A DNA stretch of 64,000 nucleotides, taken from contig JAHJTG010000016.1 of the NCBI GenBank assembly GCA_018829965.1, forward strand, positions 157,537 through 221,536. The letters run 5' to 3'. Under the pieces are notes generated by a model. It saw only the letters and a program-made list of their open reading frames with translations, was not told where the DNA came from and did no database searches. A program made the translations under genes and the position numbers. Source of the DNA: Patescibacteria group bacterium. GTDB lineage: Bacteria > Patescibacteriota > Minisyncoccia > Minisyncoccales > Staskawiczbacteraceae. Positions 35,916 through 45,012 of the stretch are shown one piece after another; position 1 is the stretch's first letter; each line of letters begins with the position of its first letter.

Positions 35916-37562
35916 TTATTTTTCCTTTAATAAACCAGCTTCCCACTTAGGAAGCTTTTTTTGCTCAGGATCGATAAAAACTTCACAGAAGATAGGACCA
36001 TCAAAATCTAATACAGATTTTATTTTATCTAAATCCTTTCCATTTTTTATCGATTCGTATTTTATTCCCCAAGCAGGAGCTAATTTACTCCAATCAGGAA
36101 ATCCGACTCCTGAGCTTTTATCACAGGCAAAAACTTTGTTGAAGAACTTCAAATGGGTGTTTCTTATGGAATAATACCCTCCATTATTGAATAAAAATAT
36201 CTTTATCGGGAGCTTGTGATAAATCACTGTTTGTAGTTCCTGAATATTCATCATAATTGAACCGTCCCCCTCCAAACATATCACCGGCTTCTTATTATTA
36301 GCGATGCAAGCTCCGATTGACATTGGAAGTCCTTTACCCATTTCGCCGAAAGCAGTATTAGTAATCAATCTTTGCCCCTTTTTCAGTTTCAATGCCTGAT
36401 GTGGCGTTTCTGCGACCATGCCGTTTGAAGTAATTACTGAATAATCGCATTTTCCGCTTAAAGTTTCTAAAAACTGATAAGCGTCAACATATTTATTATT
36501 TGCTTCGTAAGAAACAGGCTTTTTCTCAATATCCCATCTTTTCAATTTAATATCCTGTTTTAACGTTCCTTCTAGAAAATCTTTAGCATCAACACAAACA
36601 GGAGTATCAATTTTTAATGTCCTTTTATATAGCTCAGCCTTATCTATATCAACCATTATCTTAACAGCATTTTCAGCAAACTTTTTATACTCAAAAGAAG
36701 TATTCCTGATTTGCATTCTCGTTCCAACGATAAGAAGCAAATCGCAATTATCAAATGCATAGTTTGCAGTTTCTACCCCCGATAATCCCTGTTCCCCTAA
36801 ATAGTACGGATAATCATCATTCACTAAATCAGTTCCGCTCATTGCCGAAACAACATTAATTTTTGTTTTTTTAATAAATTCCCATAGTTCTGGAACTGCG
36901 CCAGCTAACCTAATCCCATTCCCAACTATCATTAAAGGTTTTTTAGCTTTATTTAAAGCTTCTATTATTTCTTTGAAAGGGATATTATATTTCGGTTTTT
37001 CCGGCGCTTCAAAACCAATCAAATTATTTTCGTCAATTTCGGCACATTGGACATCCAAAGGAATCTCAAGCCAGACAGGCCCCGGCTTTCCTGATTTGGC
37101 CAGATAACAAGCTTTCTCAAGGTGATACTTTATTTCATCCGGGTTCTCAACGCAAACTGCATATTTTGTTATCGGCTTTACAACATCCAGCAAATTTATT
37201 TCCTGTGGCTCTCCTAACCTTCTCAATCCGTTTTCTATGTCTTCCCTAGTAAGCTTTATCTCTTTCCTGACCTGCCCAGAAATAATCATCATCGGGATTC
37301 CATCAACCCAAGCAGCAGCAACCCCAGTGATCGTATTCGTCCCTCCAGGACCCGTTGTAACGCTTGCAACGCCGATTCTATTGCTTATCCTTGAATAACC
37401 TTCGGCGGCAAGAGCACAGGACTGCTCATGATGGCAACAATAAGAATCCAGTTGGGACTTCCCGATGGAATCAACTGTATGCATACATCCTCCTCCCGAA
37501 ACAAGAAAAATGCTGTCTGTAATTTTTTCTAAATGTTTTACTAAATAGTCGCTTAATTTCAT
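35916..37562 (-). CDS. Thiamine-diphosphate-dependent enzyme, acetolactate-synthase large-subunit-like (YerE-like candidate)
   Basis: About 548 aa. TGPGGTN, and a ThDP-binding GDGS motif (CLEGDGSIMMNIQELQT...NNGGY). Start placed at the internal Met (MKLSDYLVKHL, 37562); the track start is 37595. Confidence 0.85.
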   Translation of the reverse strand: MKLSDYLVKHLEKITDSIFLVSGGGCMHTVDSIGKSQLDSYCCHHEQSCALAAEGYSRISNRIGVASVTTGPGGTNTITGVAAAWVDGIPMMIISGQVRKEIKLTREDIENGLRRLGEPQEINLLDVVKPITKYAVCVENPDEIKYHLEKACYLAKSGKPGPVWLEIPLDVQCAEIDENNLIGFEAPEKPKYNIPFKEIIEALNKAKKPLMIVGNGIRLAGAVPELWEFIKKTKINVVSAMSGTDLVNDDYPYYLGEQGLSGVETANYAFDNCDLLLIVGTRMQIRNTSFEYKKFAENAVKIMVDIDKAELYKRTLKIDTPVCVDAKDFLEGTLKQDIKLKRWDIEKKPVSYEANNKYVDAYQFLETLSGKCDYSVITSNGMVAETPHQALKLKKGQRLITNTAFGEMGKGLPMSIGACIANNKKPVICLEGDGSIMMNIQELQTVIYHKLPIKIFLFNNGGYYSIRNTHLKFFNKVFACDKSSGVGFPDWSKLAPAWGIKYESIKNGKDLDKIKSVLDFDGPIFCEVFIDPEQKKLPKWEAGLLKEK

Positions 37563-37576
37563 AAAAATATAGCCAA

Positions 37577-39094
37577 TTAATCTATTTTTAACCAATGGGT
37601 TAATTGAGTTTTTCTATTCTTATTTTCCATTATCTTATTATCGTAATAAAAAGAATCGTCCTTGAAATGAGTGGTTGATATTTCTTCAAGAATAGCGCCG
37701 TTTTTTGTTCCAAAACTGTGCTTCGCCCCTCTCTGGATTAAAACAATCTCTCCCGTCTTATATTCTTTTTCTTTTCCATCAAGATTTATACCCAAGTTTC
37801 CATATAGAATCTGAAAACTTTCTTCTTTTTGCTTGTGAAGATGAACGGGATGATTCTGGCCGGGAAATAGAACAATCAGTTTTTTGCAGTATTCCCTGTT
37901 AACGCAATTGAAAATAACCGCTCCGTGTTTATAAAAATTATCTATTCCGTAATGATGAGACACTTCCACCTCTAATTTATCAGGAAGAGCTATTTTTGCC
38001 TCCTCTAAAAACTTCCTGGCTTCAGTTATAATCTTATATACTTTTTCTCTGTTATTTGACGCTTTGACATCGGAAAAAAATATTGAAGCGTTTTTCTTTA
38101 TATCCTTCTCAGAAAAATAATCAATATATTTTGACATATTGTTTGCCAGCAATTGATTATCTATATTCGGCCAGGCAAAAAATGTATTAGATGTGTTTAT
38201 TTTATCGCCTTTTATTATTTGTTTCTTAGCAAAAACTCCTCTTTGGAATTGCCTTAAATCAGCCAACTCTTTTTCAGAAAATCCCGCTCTTTTGTGAAAA
38301 ATACCACAAGTAGTAAATGTTTTTTGAGCTGCTTCTAACCATTGCTCGATTTGCGATGGCGTTGCGGAATAATTATTAAGTTCAATTCCTTCAACTTTTA
38401 TCCCGACATGTTTTTCAAAAATAGTTGCTCCTTTGGCAGTAGCTATTTTGATTGAATCAAAATTATCAGGACTTTCATGGGTGGAATAACCGATTTCCAC
38501 TTCAGGATACCGCTTTTTTAATAAATCGATTTGATTCAGTTGGATATTTTCCGGTAAAGTCGGGTATTCTCCAACACAGTGCATTAAAGAAAGCTTTTTT
38601 CCTCTATGCCCAAGAAAGCTAACTACTTTATCTATATCTTCCAGGGACACTCCGGCAACAGAAACAATAATCGGTTTATCTGTTTTAACGATTTTTTCTA
38701 AAAGTGGCCAATCAGTAAAAGAACAGCTAGCTATTTTAATAAAATCGAAATTAAGCTTCTCAATTAGATCAACTGAGTTTTCATCAAAGGGGGTACAGAT
38801 AGAAATAAATCCCAGTTTATCAATTTCGTCTTTCAGAATTTTAAATTCCTCTTCTTTCAGCTTCGTCTCTGAAAATCGCTTCACGTATTTCAAATCAGTC
38901 CTGTTCTGATAATCCGGATGGATAAAGGTCGGGATATCACGGGATTGCAGCTTGAAAGCAAAATTGAAGGAGAATTTTTTACTTACCTTGTGAATTTCTC
39001 TGATGATTCTCAATCCATGCTCAACCTTACCTTGATGATTGTTGGCCATCTCAAATATGAATAATGGCCTTTGTTGAATGTTTTTTATAGACAT
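37577..39094 (-). CDS. NeuB-family ulosonate synthase with SAF domain fused to a C-terminal cupin (D-lyxose/mannose-isomerase-like)
   Basis: About 505 aa. NeuB motifs FIFEMANNHQG, FKLQS, CTPFDENS, IKIASCS, MHCVGEYPT, GYSTHE and FEKHV. SAF-like FQRGVFAKKQIIKGDKI. The last ~120 aa read FPGQNHPVHLHKQKEESFQILYG...GAKHSF (cupin His/Glu pattern). Start placed at the internal Met (39094); the track start is 39133. Confidence 0.8.
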   Translation of the reverse strand: MSIKNIQQRPLFIFEMANNHQGKVEHGLRIIREIHKVSKKFSFNFAFKLQSRDIPTFIHPDYQNRTDLKYVKRFSETKLKEEEFKILKDEIDKLGFISICTPFDENSVDLIEKLNFDFIKIASCSFTDWPLLEKIVKTDKPIIVSVAGVSLEDIDKVVSFLGHRGKKLSLMHCVGEYPTLPENIQLNQIDLLKKRYPEVEIGYSTHESPDNFDSIKIATAKGATIFEKHVGIKVEGIELNNYSATPSQIEQWLEAAQKTFTTCGIFHKRAGFSEKELADLRQFQRGVFAKKQIIKGDKINTSNTFFAWPNIDNQLLANNMSKYIDYFSEKDIKKNASIFFSDVKASNNREKVYKIITEARKFLEEAKIALPDKLEVEVSHHYGIDNFYKHGAVIFNCVNREYCKKLIVLFPGQNHPVHLHKQKEESFQILYGNLGINLDGKEKEYKTGEIVLIQRGAKHSFGTKNGAILEEISTTHFKDDSFYYDNKIMENKNRKTQLTHWLKID

Positions 39095-39098
39095 ATTA

Positions 39099-40121
39099 TT
39101 ATTCGTAATATTTTTTAAGCCGCTCGGCATCATTAATAGTTATAACATCTTCTGGAAACAATCTATGTTTAACTATTTTGCATTTTGCACATATTTCTCC
39201 TACGTTTTTGATACCATCCAGCATTTTGCACCTAAACCCTTGAAACTCCTTGCCATTCCATATTTCAGATACTGATTGATTGTTGCAATCACCAACAAAA
39301 CCAGGAAATTCATAAGAATAACAAGGGATTACTTTCCCATCGGTATTAATTCTCAGTGTAAAAAATGGCTGTGGGCAAACTAACACATCTGAAGCTGGCA
39401 ACCCGAATTGAGTAACCGATTTGTCTTCACCTTTTAACACTTTCCCGTAATCTACATTCGGCTGGATCGGAACAATATGTTCAATAGCAATGATATCGCA
39501 AATATCCCCAAAAAGCTTATAAAACCTTTCTTCGTCCTCTTTATTTTCTAATGCTTCATCTACGATTTTGATATAAAGTTTAGTGTTCTTTTTCTTATTA
39601 TCAAAAAAATATCGCAGATTCTCAACAAAATTTTCGAAATCTATGTCCACTCCAGACACTTCTTTATACTTTTCTTTTGTCGTCCCCTGCAATGATACGA
39701 TCAATCTTGAAAGCCCAGCTGAAATAAGCGAATCTGACATCTCGGGAGTTAAAAGCGAGGCGTTTGTTAATATCTCTATGTCATTGGTAATATTTTTTAA
39801 AGCGGCGTATTCCACCATATCAGCTATATTTTTATGCAGGAGGGGCTCGCCAATTCCTGAAAAACGCAATATCTTCAATTTATCAGGAAAAAGAACAATG
39901 TCATTTATGCATTTTTTATACAAGCCGAAATCCATAATAATCTTATCTGAAATAAAATTCCGCTCTTCTTTTTTCACCGACATCATGCAATATTTGCAAG
40001 TAAAGTTGCAGGCATGCATTGGATATATTTCTATCATAAAAGGAGTGTTCAAAGGAAGCACTTCTGCAAGCTTCTTTCTTTTTCCTCCCGGCGCTTGTCC
40101 GCTGATATTTTTTGCCTTCAT
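39099..40121 (-). CDS. Radical SAM enzyme with C-terminal SPASM/twitch-type Cys-rich domain
   Basis: 340 aa. YPMHACNFTCKYC (CxxxCxxC). C-terminal Cys pattern VCPQPFF...GKVIPCYSY...GDCNNQ...CAKCK. Confidence 0.85.
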   Translation of the reverse strand: MKAKNISGQAPGGKRKKLAEVLPLNTPFMIEIYPMHACNFTCKYCMMSVKKEERNFISDKIIMDFGLYKKCINDIVLFPDKLKILRFSGIGEPLLHKNIADMVEYAALKNITNDIEILTNASLLTPEMSDSLISAGLSRLIVSLQGTTKEKYKEVSGVDIDFENFVENLRYFFDNKKKNTKLYIKIVDEALENKEDEERFYKLFGDICDIIAIEHIVPIQPNVDYGKVLKGEDKSVTQFGLPASDVLVCPQPFFTLRINTDGKVIPCYSYEFPGFVGDCNNQSVSEIWNGKEFQGFRCKMLDGIKNVGEICAKCKIVKHRLFPEDVITINDAERLKKYYE

Positions 40122-40125
40122 TTGT

Positions 40126-41208
40126 TTAACTTATATTAAATGGTTTTTTAGTTTTATCCTTATCAGTGAAAACTTCGGAACAAGGAACTGGAAGTGGCTT
40201 TCCATAAATCTTTTTCACTAAATAGTTATCAATAAAATTCCTATCTTCTGCAATAGTACACGTATCAACATACTCACCAAAATATTTAATATCTAATCCC
40301 CTTTTGATTATGTCTTTCAAGGGCTCTTCAAAAACATTGCCGATGGACGTATGAATATACGGACAAGGCAAAACGTCTCCATATTGGGTCACAGATATCA
40401 TTCCTTTAACTCCTATACAGCCCATATTAATGCCATAGGCCGGAGTTAAATGAGTATAAACATTATATTTCTTTTCAAGGTTGTTTCTCATATAATCTAT
40501 ATCGTCCTTATTAACCAAAATATCAAAATTACCCTCCCAAGAACCAACCGGCTTTGCATAAGTTACAAACACTCCAATCCCTCTTTTATTGAAATATTCA
40601 ATAAATTTGATGAATTCGTCTGAATAAAGCCTCTGTTTTGTAACAACAGTTTGAATAAAAATATTCAAACCTGCCGCTAAAGTCGCGTCAACCGCTTTCA
40701 TTGCCCTTTCGTGCGCACCTTTAGCTTTCCTAAAACTATCGTGTTCTTTAGCATCAAGACTGTCTATGCTTAATTGGACTCTATCAACGCCTATCTCTCT
40801 AAGATGCTTGGCTTTTTTTTCATCTAAAAACCATCCATTAGTATCAACATTAATATAGAATTTTTGAGGGTCAATAGCTTTAACTAATTCATCAAAATCC
40901 GGAAATACTAATGGTTCTCCGCCTGTAATCACAAAGCGCGCCAAACCTATCTCGTCGGCCTGCCGGCTGAGATTTTTTACATCATCCATAGTAAATTGCC
41001 GCTTTTCATTTCTACCTTGAAATTTCTTTACCGAGCAGTGTTGACACTGAAAATTACAAACGTAATTATATTGAAACTGAATAATAGCAATACTTTCTCC
41101 ACGTTTAATCTTTTCATCAAATTTCATAATTTTTTCATAGACATACGGCTTTTCTTCTTTCAAACGATTTCTTTTTTCTGCTTCTAATTTTTGCTGATTT
41201 ATTGGCAT
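40126..41208 (-). CDS. Radical SAM enzyme (MoaA/NirJ/PqqE-like) with twitch/SPASM-like C-terminus
   Basis: 360 aa. QYNYVCNFQCQHCS, ITGGEPLV, and C-terminal GCIGVKGMISVTQYGDVLPCPY...DTC. Confidence 0.85.
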   Translation of the reverse strand: MPINQQKLEAEKRNRLKEEKPYVYEKIMKFDEKIKRGESIAIIQFQYNYVCNFQCQHCSVKKFQGRNEKRQFTMDDVKNLSRQADEIGLARFVITGGEPLVFPDFDELVKAIDPQKFYINVDTNGWFLDEKKAKHLREIGVDRVQLSIDSLDAKEHDSFRKAKGAHERAMKAVDATLAAGLNIFIQTVVTKQRLYSDEFIKFIEYFNKRGIGVFVTYAKPVGSWEGNFDILVNKDDIDYMRNNLEKKYNVYTHLTPAYGINMGCIGVKGMISVTQYGDVLPCPYIHTSIGNVFEEPLKDIIKRGLDIKYFGEYVDTCTIAEDRNFIDNYLVKKIYGKPLPVPCSEVFTDKDKTKKPFNIS

Positions 41209-41230
41209 ATTTTTTATTTTAATTTAATTA

Positions 41231-42457
41231 TTATTTATTGCTTAATTTTTGATATTGTTCATATTCTAAAGGCTTACTTGTTTGAATGGACGGCGTTATC
41301 TCGGAATCTCCGAATGACCTTCCATTACAAAAATCACATGCTTCTAAATAATCTTTATTCAAAAGATAATCTCTAACCTTATTCTTCGTCGCCAATATGC
41401 CCTTTTCATCTAATGGCTCCTGGAATAAATCGATGTAATCATTTTTACAATCCGGAACTGCCCTAAGTCTGGCGGCATTGGCGATAAAAGGGCATCTGTA
41501 TAATTTTCCATCTGATATATTAACTGTGTTTTTAGCGCAACATTTTCCAAAAATTTCTTTTTGCTGTTTAGGGTTACGATTATGCCTCTTTATTTTAGAA
41601 CAATCTGTCCAGCCTTGAGCTTTCCGTGAATAAAAGGCGATATTCTTGCTTGATAGTTTTTGAATCAAAGCATCTAAATTTCTTGAAAGCAGACCATAAT
41701 CTGTAATCATAAGCAGTACTTTATTGTTTTTCAAGCATTCTATCTTTTCGTCCGGAGGAACTATTGTTCCATTTACATAAACTATAATCTTCTTTACCTT
41801 AGGCTCATCGATTAATCTTTTTATCACTAAATCAAAGTCTCTATTCATAAACGGATCACCGCCAATAACCCTGAACTCATTAACCTCGTCCATAATACTG
41901 CAAAATGTATCTATAGATTTCATTAATTCTTCGGCGTCGCAATCCTTAGGATTTTTGTAATACTGCGTAAGATTAGAACAATCTCTGCATTTTAAAGAAC
42001 AGCGTTCGGTAATGATAATATCGACGCTTCTTAAGAAAAGCTTATCGGGGGTCAGATAACTGTCGTGGCAGAAAAGACAAGTATCAACCGCATATTGAAC
42101 AAAATCGCTTGGGGCACTGAATTGATATTTAAATATATCAAAGTCTTTTAGCAACAAATTAGACGGATACCATTTGGAGAATCCTAAACTAGATAATTGC
42201 TCAACCACGTCTTTTATATCAGCTGCCGATATTAAGAAAATAGCATCTTGATATTTCTTTTTCAAATCAGAAACAGGGATTACTTCAATATCAGCCTTTT
42301 TATTAATGTTATTATCGCAAAAACACTCGACTTTAATTCCTGCGTCGCAACAAGCTTTTAATATCACTTCGCCAACAATACCGGCTCCGAATATTATTAT
42401 CGGCAATCCTTTATCTTTAATCTCTTTAATGATTTTTTGATTTGAAAAATTTTTCAT
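41231..42457 (-). CDS. Rossmann-like N-terminal domain fused to radical SAM/SPASM-like enzyme
   Basis: 408 aa. IIIFGAGIVGEVILKAC (GxGxxG), ITERCSLKCRDCSN (CxxxCxxC), and C-terminal CCAKNTVNISDGKLYRCPF...CDFCNG. Confidence 0.8.
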   Translation of the reverse strand: MKNFSNQKIIKEIKDKGLPIIIFGAGIVGEVILKACCDAGIKVECFCDNNINKKADIEVIPVSDLKKKYQDAIFLISAADIKDVVEQLSSLGFSKWYPSNLLLKDFDIFKYQFSAPSDFVQYAVDTCLFCHDSYLTPDKLFLRSVDIIITERCSLKCRDCSNLTQYYKNPKDCDAEELMKSIDTFCSIMDEVNEFRVIGGDPFMNRDFDLVIKRLIDEPKVKKIIVYVNGTIVPPDEKIECLKNNKVLLMITDYGLLSRNLDALIQKLSSKNIAFYSRKAQGWTDCSKIKRHNRNPKQQKEIFGKCCAKNTVNISDGKLYRCPFIANAARLRAVPDCKNDYIDLFQEPLDEKGILATKNKVRDYLLNKDYLEACDFCNGRSFGDSEITPSIQTSKPLEYEQYQKLSNK

Positions 42458-42462
42458 TGAAG

Positions 42463-43557
42463 TTATTTAATAATGTCTTCTTTTTTAAGCTTTTTGTATC
42501 TTTTAAAAGCTTTGTACTGACACATCCAGATAATCAGCCGGACAAGCTTTAGCTTCATTAAAACAGGGATTATCTTGCTTTCGCCTTTTGAGGGAGAATA
42601 AAATCGTAGATTATCCCTAAAATTTGAATCATTGATTATTTGACAGATAAACTCATAAGTCTTTTTCTTATTACTGCTATTAATCTGACCACAAATACGG
42701 ACTAATTGAATTATGGCTAAAAAGATATCGGCATGTCCAACTTCTTTTTCTATATTAATGCCAAAACCACAATCTTTAAGGAAGCTTTTTATTCTAATAA
42801 GAGCTTGTCTATATCCGAATAATATTTCGGGATGATTGCCTATTGCCATTGCCGCCGAAGTATAATTATTGAAAACCAAATGATTGTATATCGTTTCCTT
42901 TAAGAAAGACGCCTTTTCTATGTGATTTAGATAGTCGAAATTAAAGGCTACATCTTCAAACGTACGCAAATTATTATCAAAGTGGATATCATTGTTTTTT
43001 ATAATCGATGATTTAAATAATCTTCCCCAAGAATATGCGAATAGCTGGAAACTATTGGGTTTTTTTAAATAACACCTAACATAATCTATAATATCTTTTT
43101 TTGTTAACAATTTGCTTTCTAAAAGAATACGGCCGTGTCCAGAATCAGGATTGTTGTTATCATTAATCTTTCTGAAATCTCCTATTATTATATCTGCTTT
43201 TATTCGACGATAATTTTCTATTAACAAGCTTATGGCATTATTTTCGATGAAATCATCGGAGTCAAGAAAGAATATAAAACTTCCTTTTGAATTTTCTATA
43301 CCTATATTTCTAGCGGCTGCCGGACCATTATTTTCTGTATGTATTACCTTAATTCTTTTGTCATTAAGCACATATTCATCGCAAATCTTTCCGCTATTAT
43401 CAGTTGACCCATCGTCAATAAGTATTATCTCTATTTTTTTATAAGTTTGGCCTATAATGCTTCCCAAACAGCGATCAAGATATCTTTCAACATTATATAC
43501 CGGGATTATAACACTTATCAGGTCGTCGATTAATTTGTCATTATTAGTTTCTTCCAT
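42463..43557 (-). CDS. Glycosyltransferase family 2
   Basis: ISVIIPVYNVERYLDRCLGSIIGQTYKKIEIILIDDGSTDNS and FLDSDD. Confidence 0.85.
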   Translation of the reverse strand: MEETNNDKLIDDLISVIIPVYNVERYLDRCLGSIIGQTYKKIEIILIDDGSTDNSGKICDEYVLNDKRIKVIHTENNGPAAARNIGIENSKGSFIFFLDSDDFIENNAISLLIENYRRIKADIIIGDFRKINDNNNPDSGHGRILLESKLLTKKDIIDYVRCYLKKPNSFQLFAYSWGRLFKSSIIKNNDIHFDNNLRTFEDVAFNFDYLNHIEKASFLKETIYNHLVFNNYTSAAMAIGNHPEILFGYRQALIRIKSFLKDCGFGINIEKEVGHADIFLAIIQLVRICGQINSSNKKKTYEFICQIINDSNFRDNLRFYSPSKGESKIIPVLMKLKLVRLIIWMCQYKAFKRYKKLKKEDIIK

Positions 43558-43561
43558 TTCT

Positions 43562-44050
43562 TTATATATATTTTCTATATATTTTTTGGACCTTCAATAA
43601 ATTCGACGGACAAGTATCATGCCACTTAAGATAGCCGGGATCTTTGCTTGATAAGCCTCTGTTTTTCAAGGGAAATCTGCTTGAAAGAAAACACTTATAT
43701 AATAGGTATATAAAATGCCCTCGCGTGTCTTGCTTTGCCATTAACTGGTAAATGGCTATGGGAGTATGGTCAAATTTTATTTTGGCGCCTATTTCCTGCT
43801 TTGCCACTTTTAATATTCTTGTTTCTGCTTTTTCTTTAAATCTGATAATGCCACCAGGCACATGCCATCCTTTCTGGTATTTATCATCTCTCCAAGATAA
43901 AAGAGTTCTGCCCTTTTCGTCTTTTATCAATAAATCAACATTTATCATCGGCGTAATCTTGCTGATAAAAAGAAACACTTCTTCTGGCAATCCGACAGAA
44001 GGATTTTTAATCTTCTTTTCTAAAAACTTTATCGCTTTTCTTATATCCAT
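43562..44050 (-). CDS. Nudix-fold protein with degenerate Nudix box (WcaH/GDP-mannose mannosyl hydrolase-like)
   Basis: 162 aa. GGIIRFKEKAETRILKVAKQEIG aligns to Gx5Ex7REUxEExGU with RE replaced by KV and EE by QE. Confidence 0.45.
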   Translation of the reverse strand: MDIRKAIKFLEKKIKNPSVGLPEEVFLFISKITPMINVDLLIKDEKGRTLLSWRDDKYQKGWHVPGGIIRFKEKAETRILKVAKQEIGAKIKFDHTPIAIYQLMAKQDTRGHFIYLLYKCFLSSRFPLKNRGLSSKDPGYLKWHDTCPSNLLKVQKIYRKYI

Positions 44051-44052
44051 AT

Positions 44053-45012
44053 TTATAAATTATTCTCACACCAATCAAACGTTTCTTTGATCCCATTTTC
44101 AAAGCTTGTTTTCGGCTCCCAACCCAATCTTTCTTTCGCTTTTGTCCAATCAAGATATTGTTCCGGTATTTCATTTTTGGCGATATTCAATATTTTATAA
44201 TCTATTTTCTTTCCTAAAATTATTTCAGCTTTTTTCACTAAATCTATCACACTGAAAATATTCTTGCTTCCGAAATTGAACGCCTCGCCAAAAACCTTCC
44301 TATTGTCAGCCAACCTTATGCAACCATCTACTATATCTTTTATATACGTATACTCTCTTATCATTTTTCCATCGCTTCTTATTAAAAATTTTTTATTCTT
44401 AATAACTGCCTCTAAAATTCCTGGTATAATTCTAGAAAGATTAAAATCGCCCGGACCAAAGACATTACTGAATCTCGTGATAACAATCGGTAGACCGTAT
44501 GTTGAAAAATATGTCTGGGCTATCAAATCAGCTGATGCTTTTGACGCATTATAAGGATGATCACCCATTAAAGGATATGTTTCTTTATAGGGCAATTTTT
44601 CTGCCTTGCCATAAGCTTTATCTGAAGAAACAACAACAATTAATTCTATGTTTTTCTGTTGCCTACACATCTCTAAAATATTCACGGTACCCATAATATT
44701 AGTTTCAATCGCATCAAACGGATTCTTATATGCTTCCTCAACTAAAGGCTGGGCTGCCAGATGGAAAACTATTTCAGGGTTCTCTTTTTTGAAGATTTCA
44801 GAGATTTTTCTATCCCTTACATCTATTTCATAGAACTTTGCCTTGGGACTGATGCTCTCCTTCCTGCCGGAAGACAAATTATCTACCACAATTACATTGT
44901 GGCTTTTTTGCATCAGTTCGTTGACAAGATTACTTCCGATAAATCCTGCTCCGCCGGTGACTAAAATGTTTTTTAATTTTCCCATATTTTCCATTTGGGA
45001 TCTTTTGTCCAA
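44053..45012 (-). CDS. rfbG: NDP-hexose 4,6-dehydratase-type extended SDR, probable CDP-glucose 4,6-dehydratase
   Basis: VTGGAGFIGSNL, SSDKAYG (the Asp-Lys pair seen in CDP-glucose dehydratases rather than the TDE of RmlB) and YNASKAS (YxxxK). Overlaps and follows the rfbF-like gene. Alternative starts at 44994 or 44985. Confidence 0.6.
   Translation of the reverse strand: MDKRSQMENMGKLKNILVTGGAGFIGSNLVNELMQKSHNVIVVDNLSSGRKESISPKAKFYEIDVRDRKISEIFKKENPEIVFHLAAQPLVEEAYKNPFDAIETNIMGTVNILEMCRQQKNIELIVVVSSDKAYGKAEKLPYKETYPLMGDHPYNASKASADLIAQTYFSTYGLPIVITRFSNVFGPGDFNLSRIIPGILEAVIKNKKFLIRSDGKMIREYTYIKDIVDGCIRLADNRKVFGEAFNFGSKNIFSVIDLVKKAEIILGKKIDYKILNIAKNEIPEQYLDWTKAKERLGWEPKTSFENGIKETFDWCENNL

Noticed and set aside
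39099-42457. RiPP (peptide natural product) cluster interpretation of the SPASM/twitch radical SAM trio
   Set aside because: There is no room for a small precursor ORF between or beside the three genes (gaps of 4 and 22 nt). No protease, transporter or RiPP-recognition partner is nearby. The flanking genes are GT2 and NeuB-type sugar enzymes. The 41-aa CxxC ORF at 61866-61991 is 20 kb away in a separate unit.
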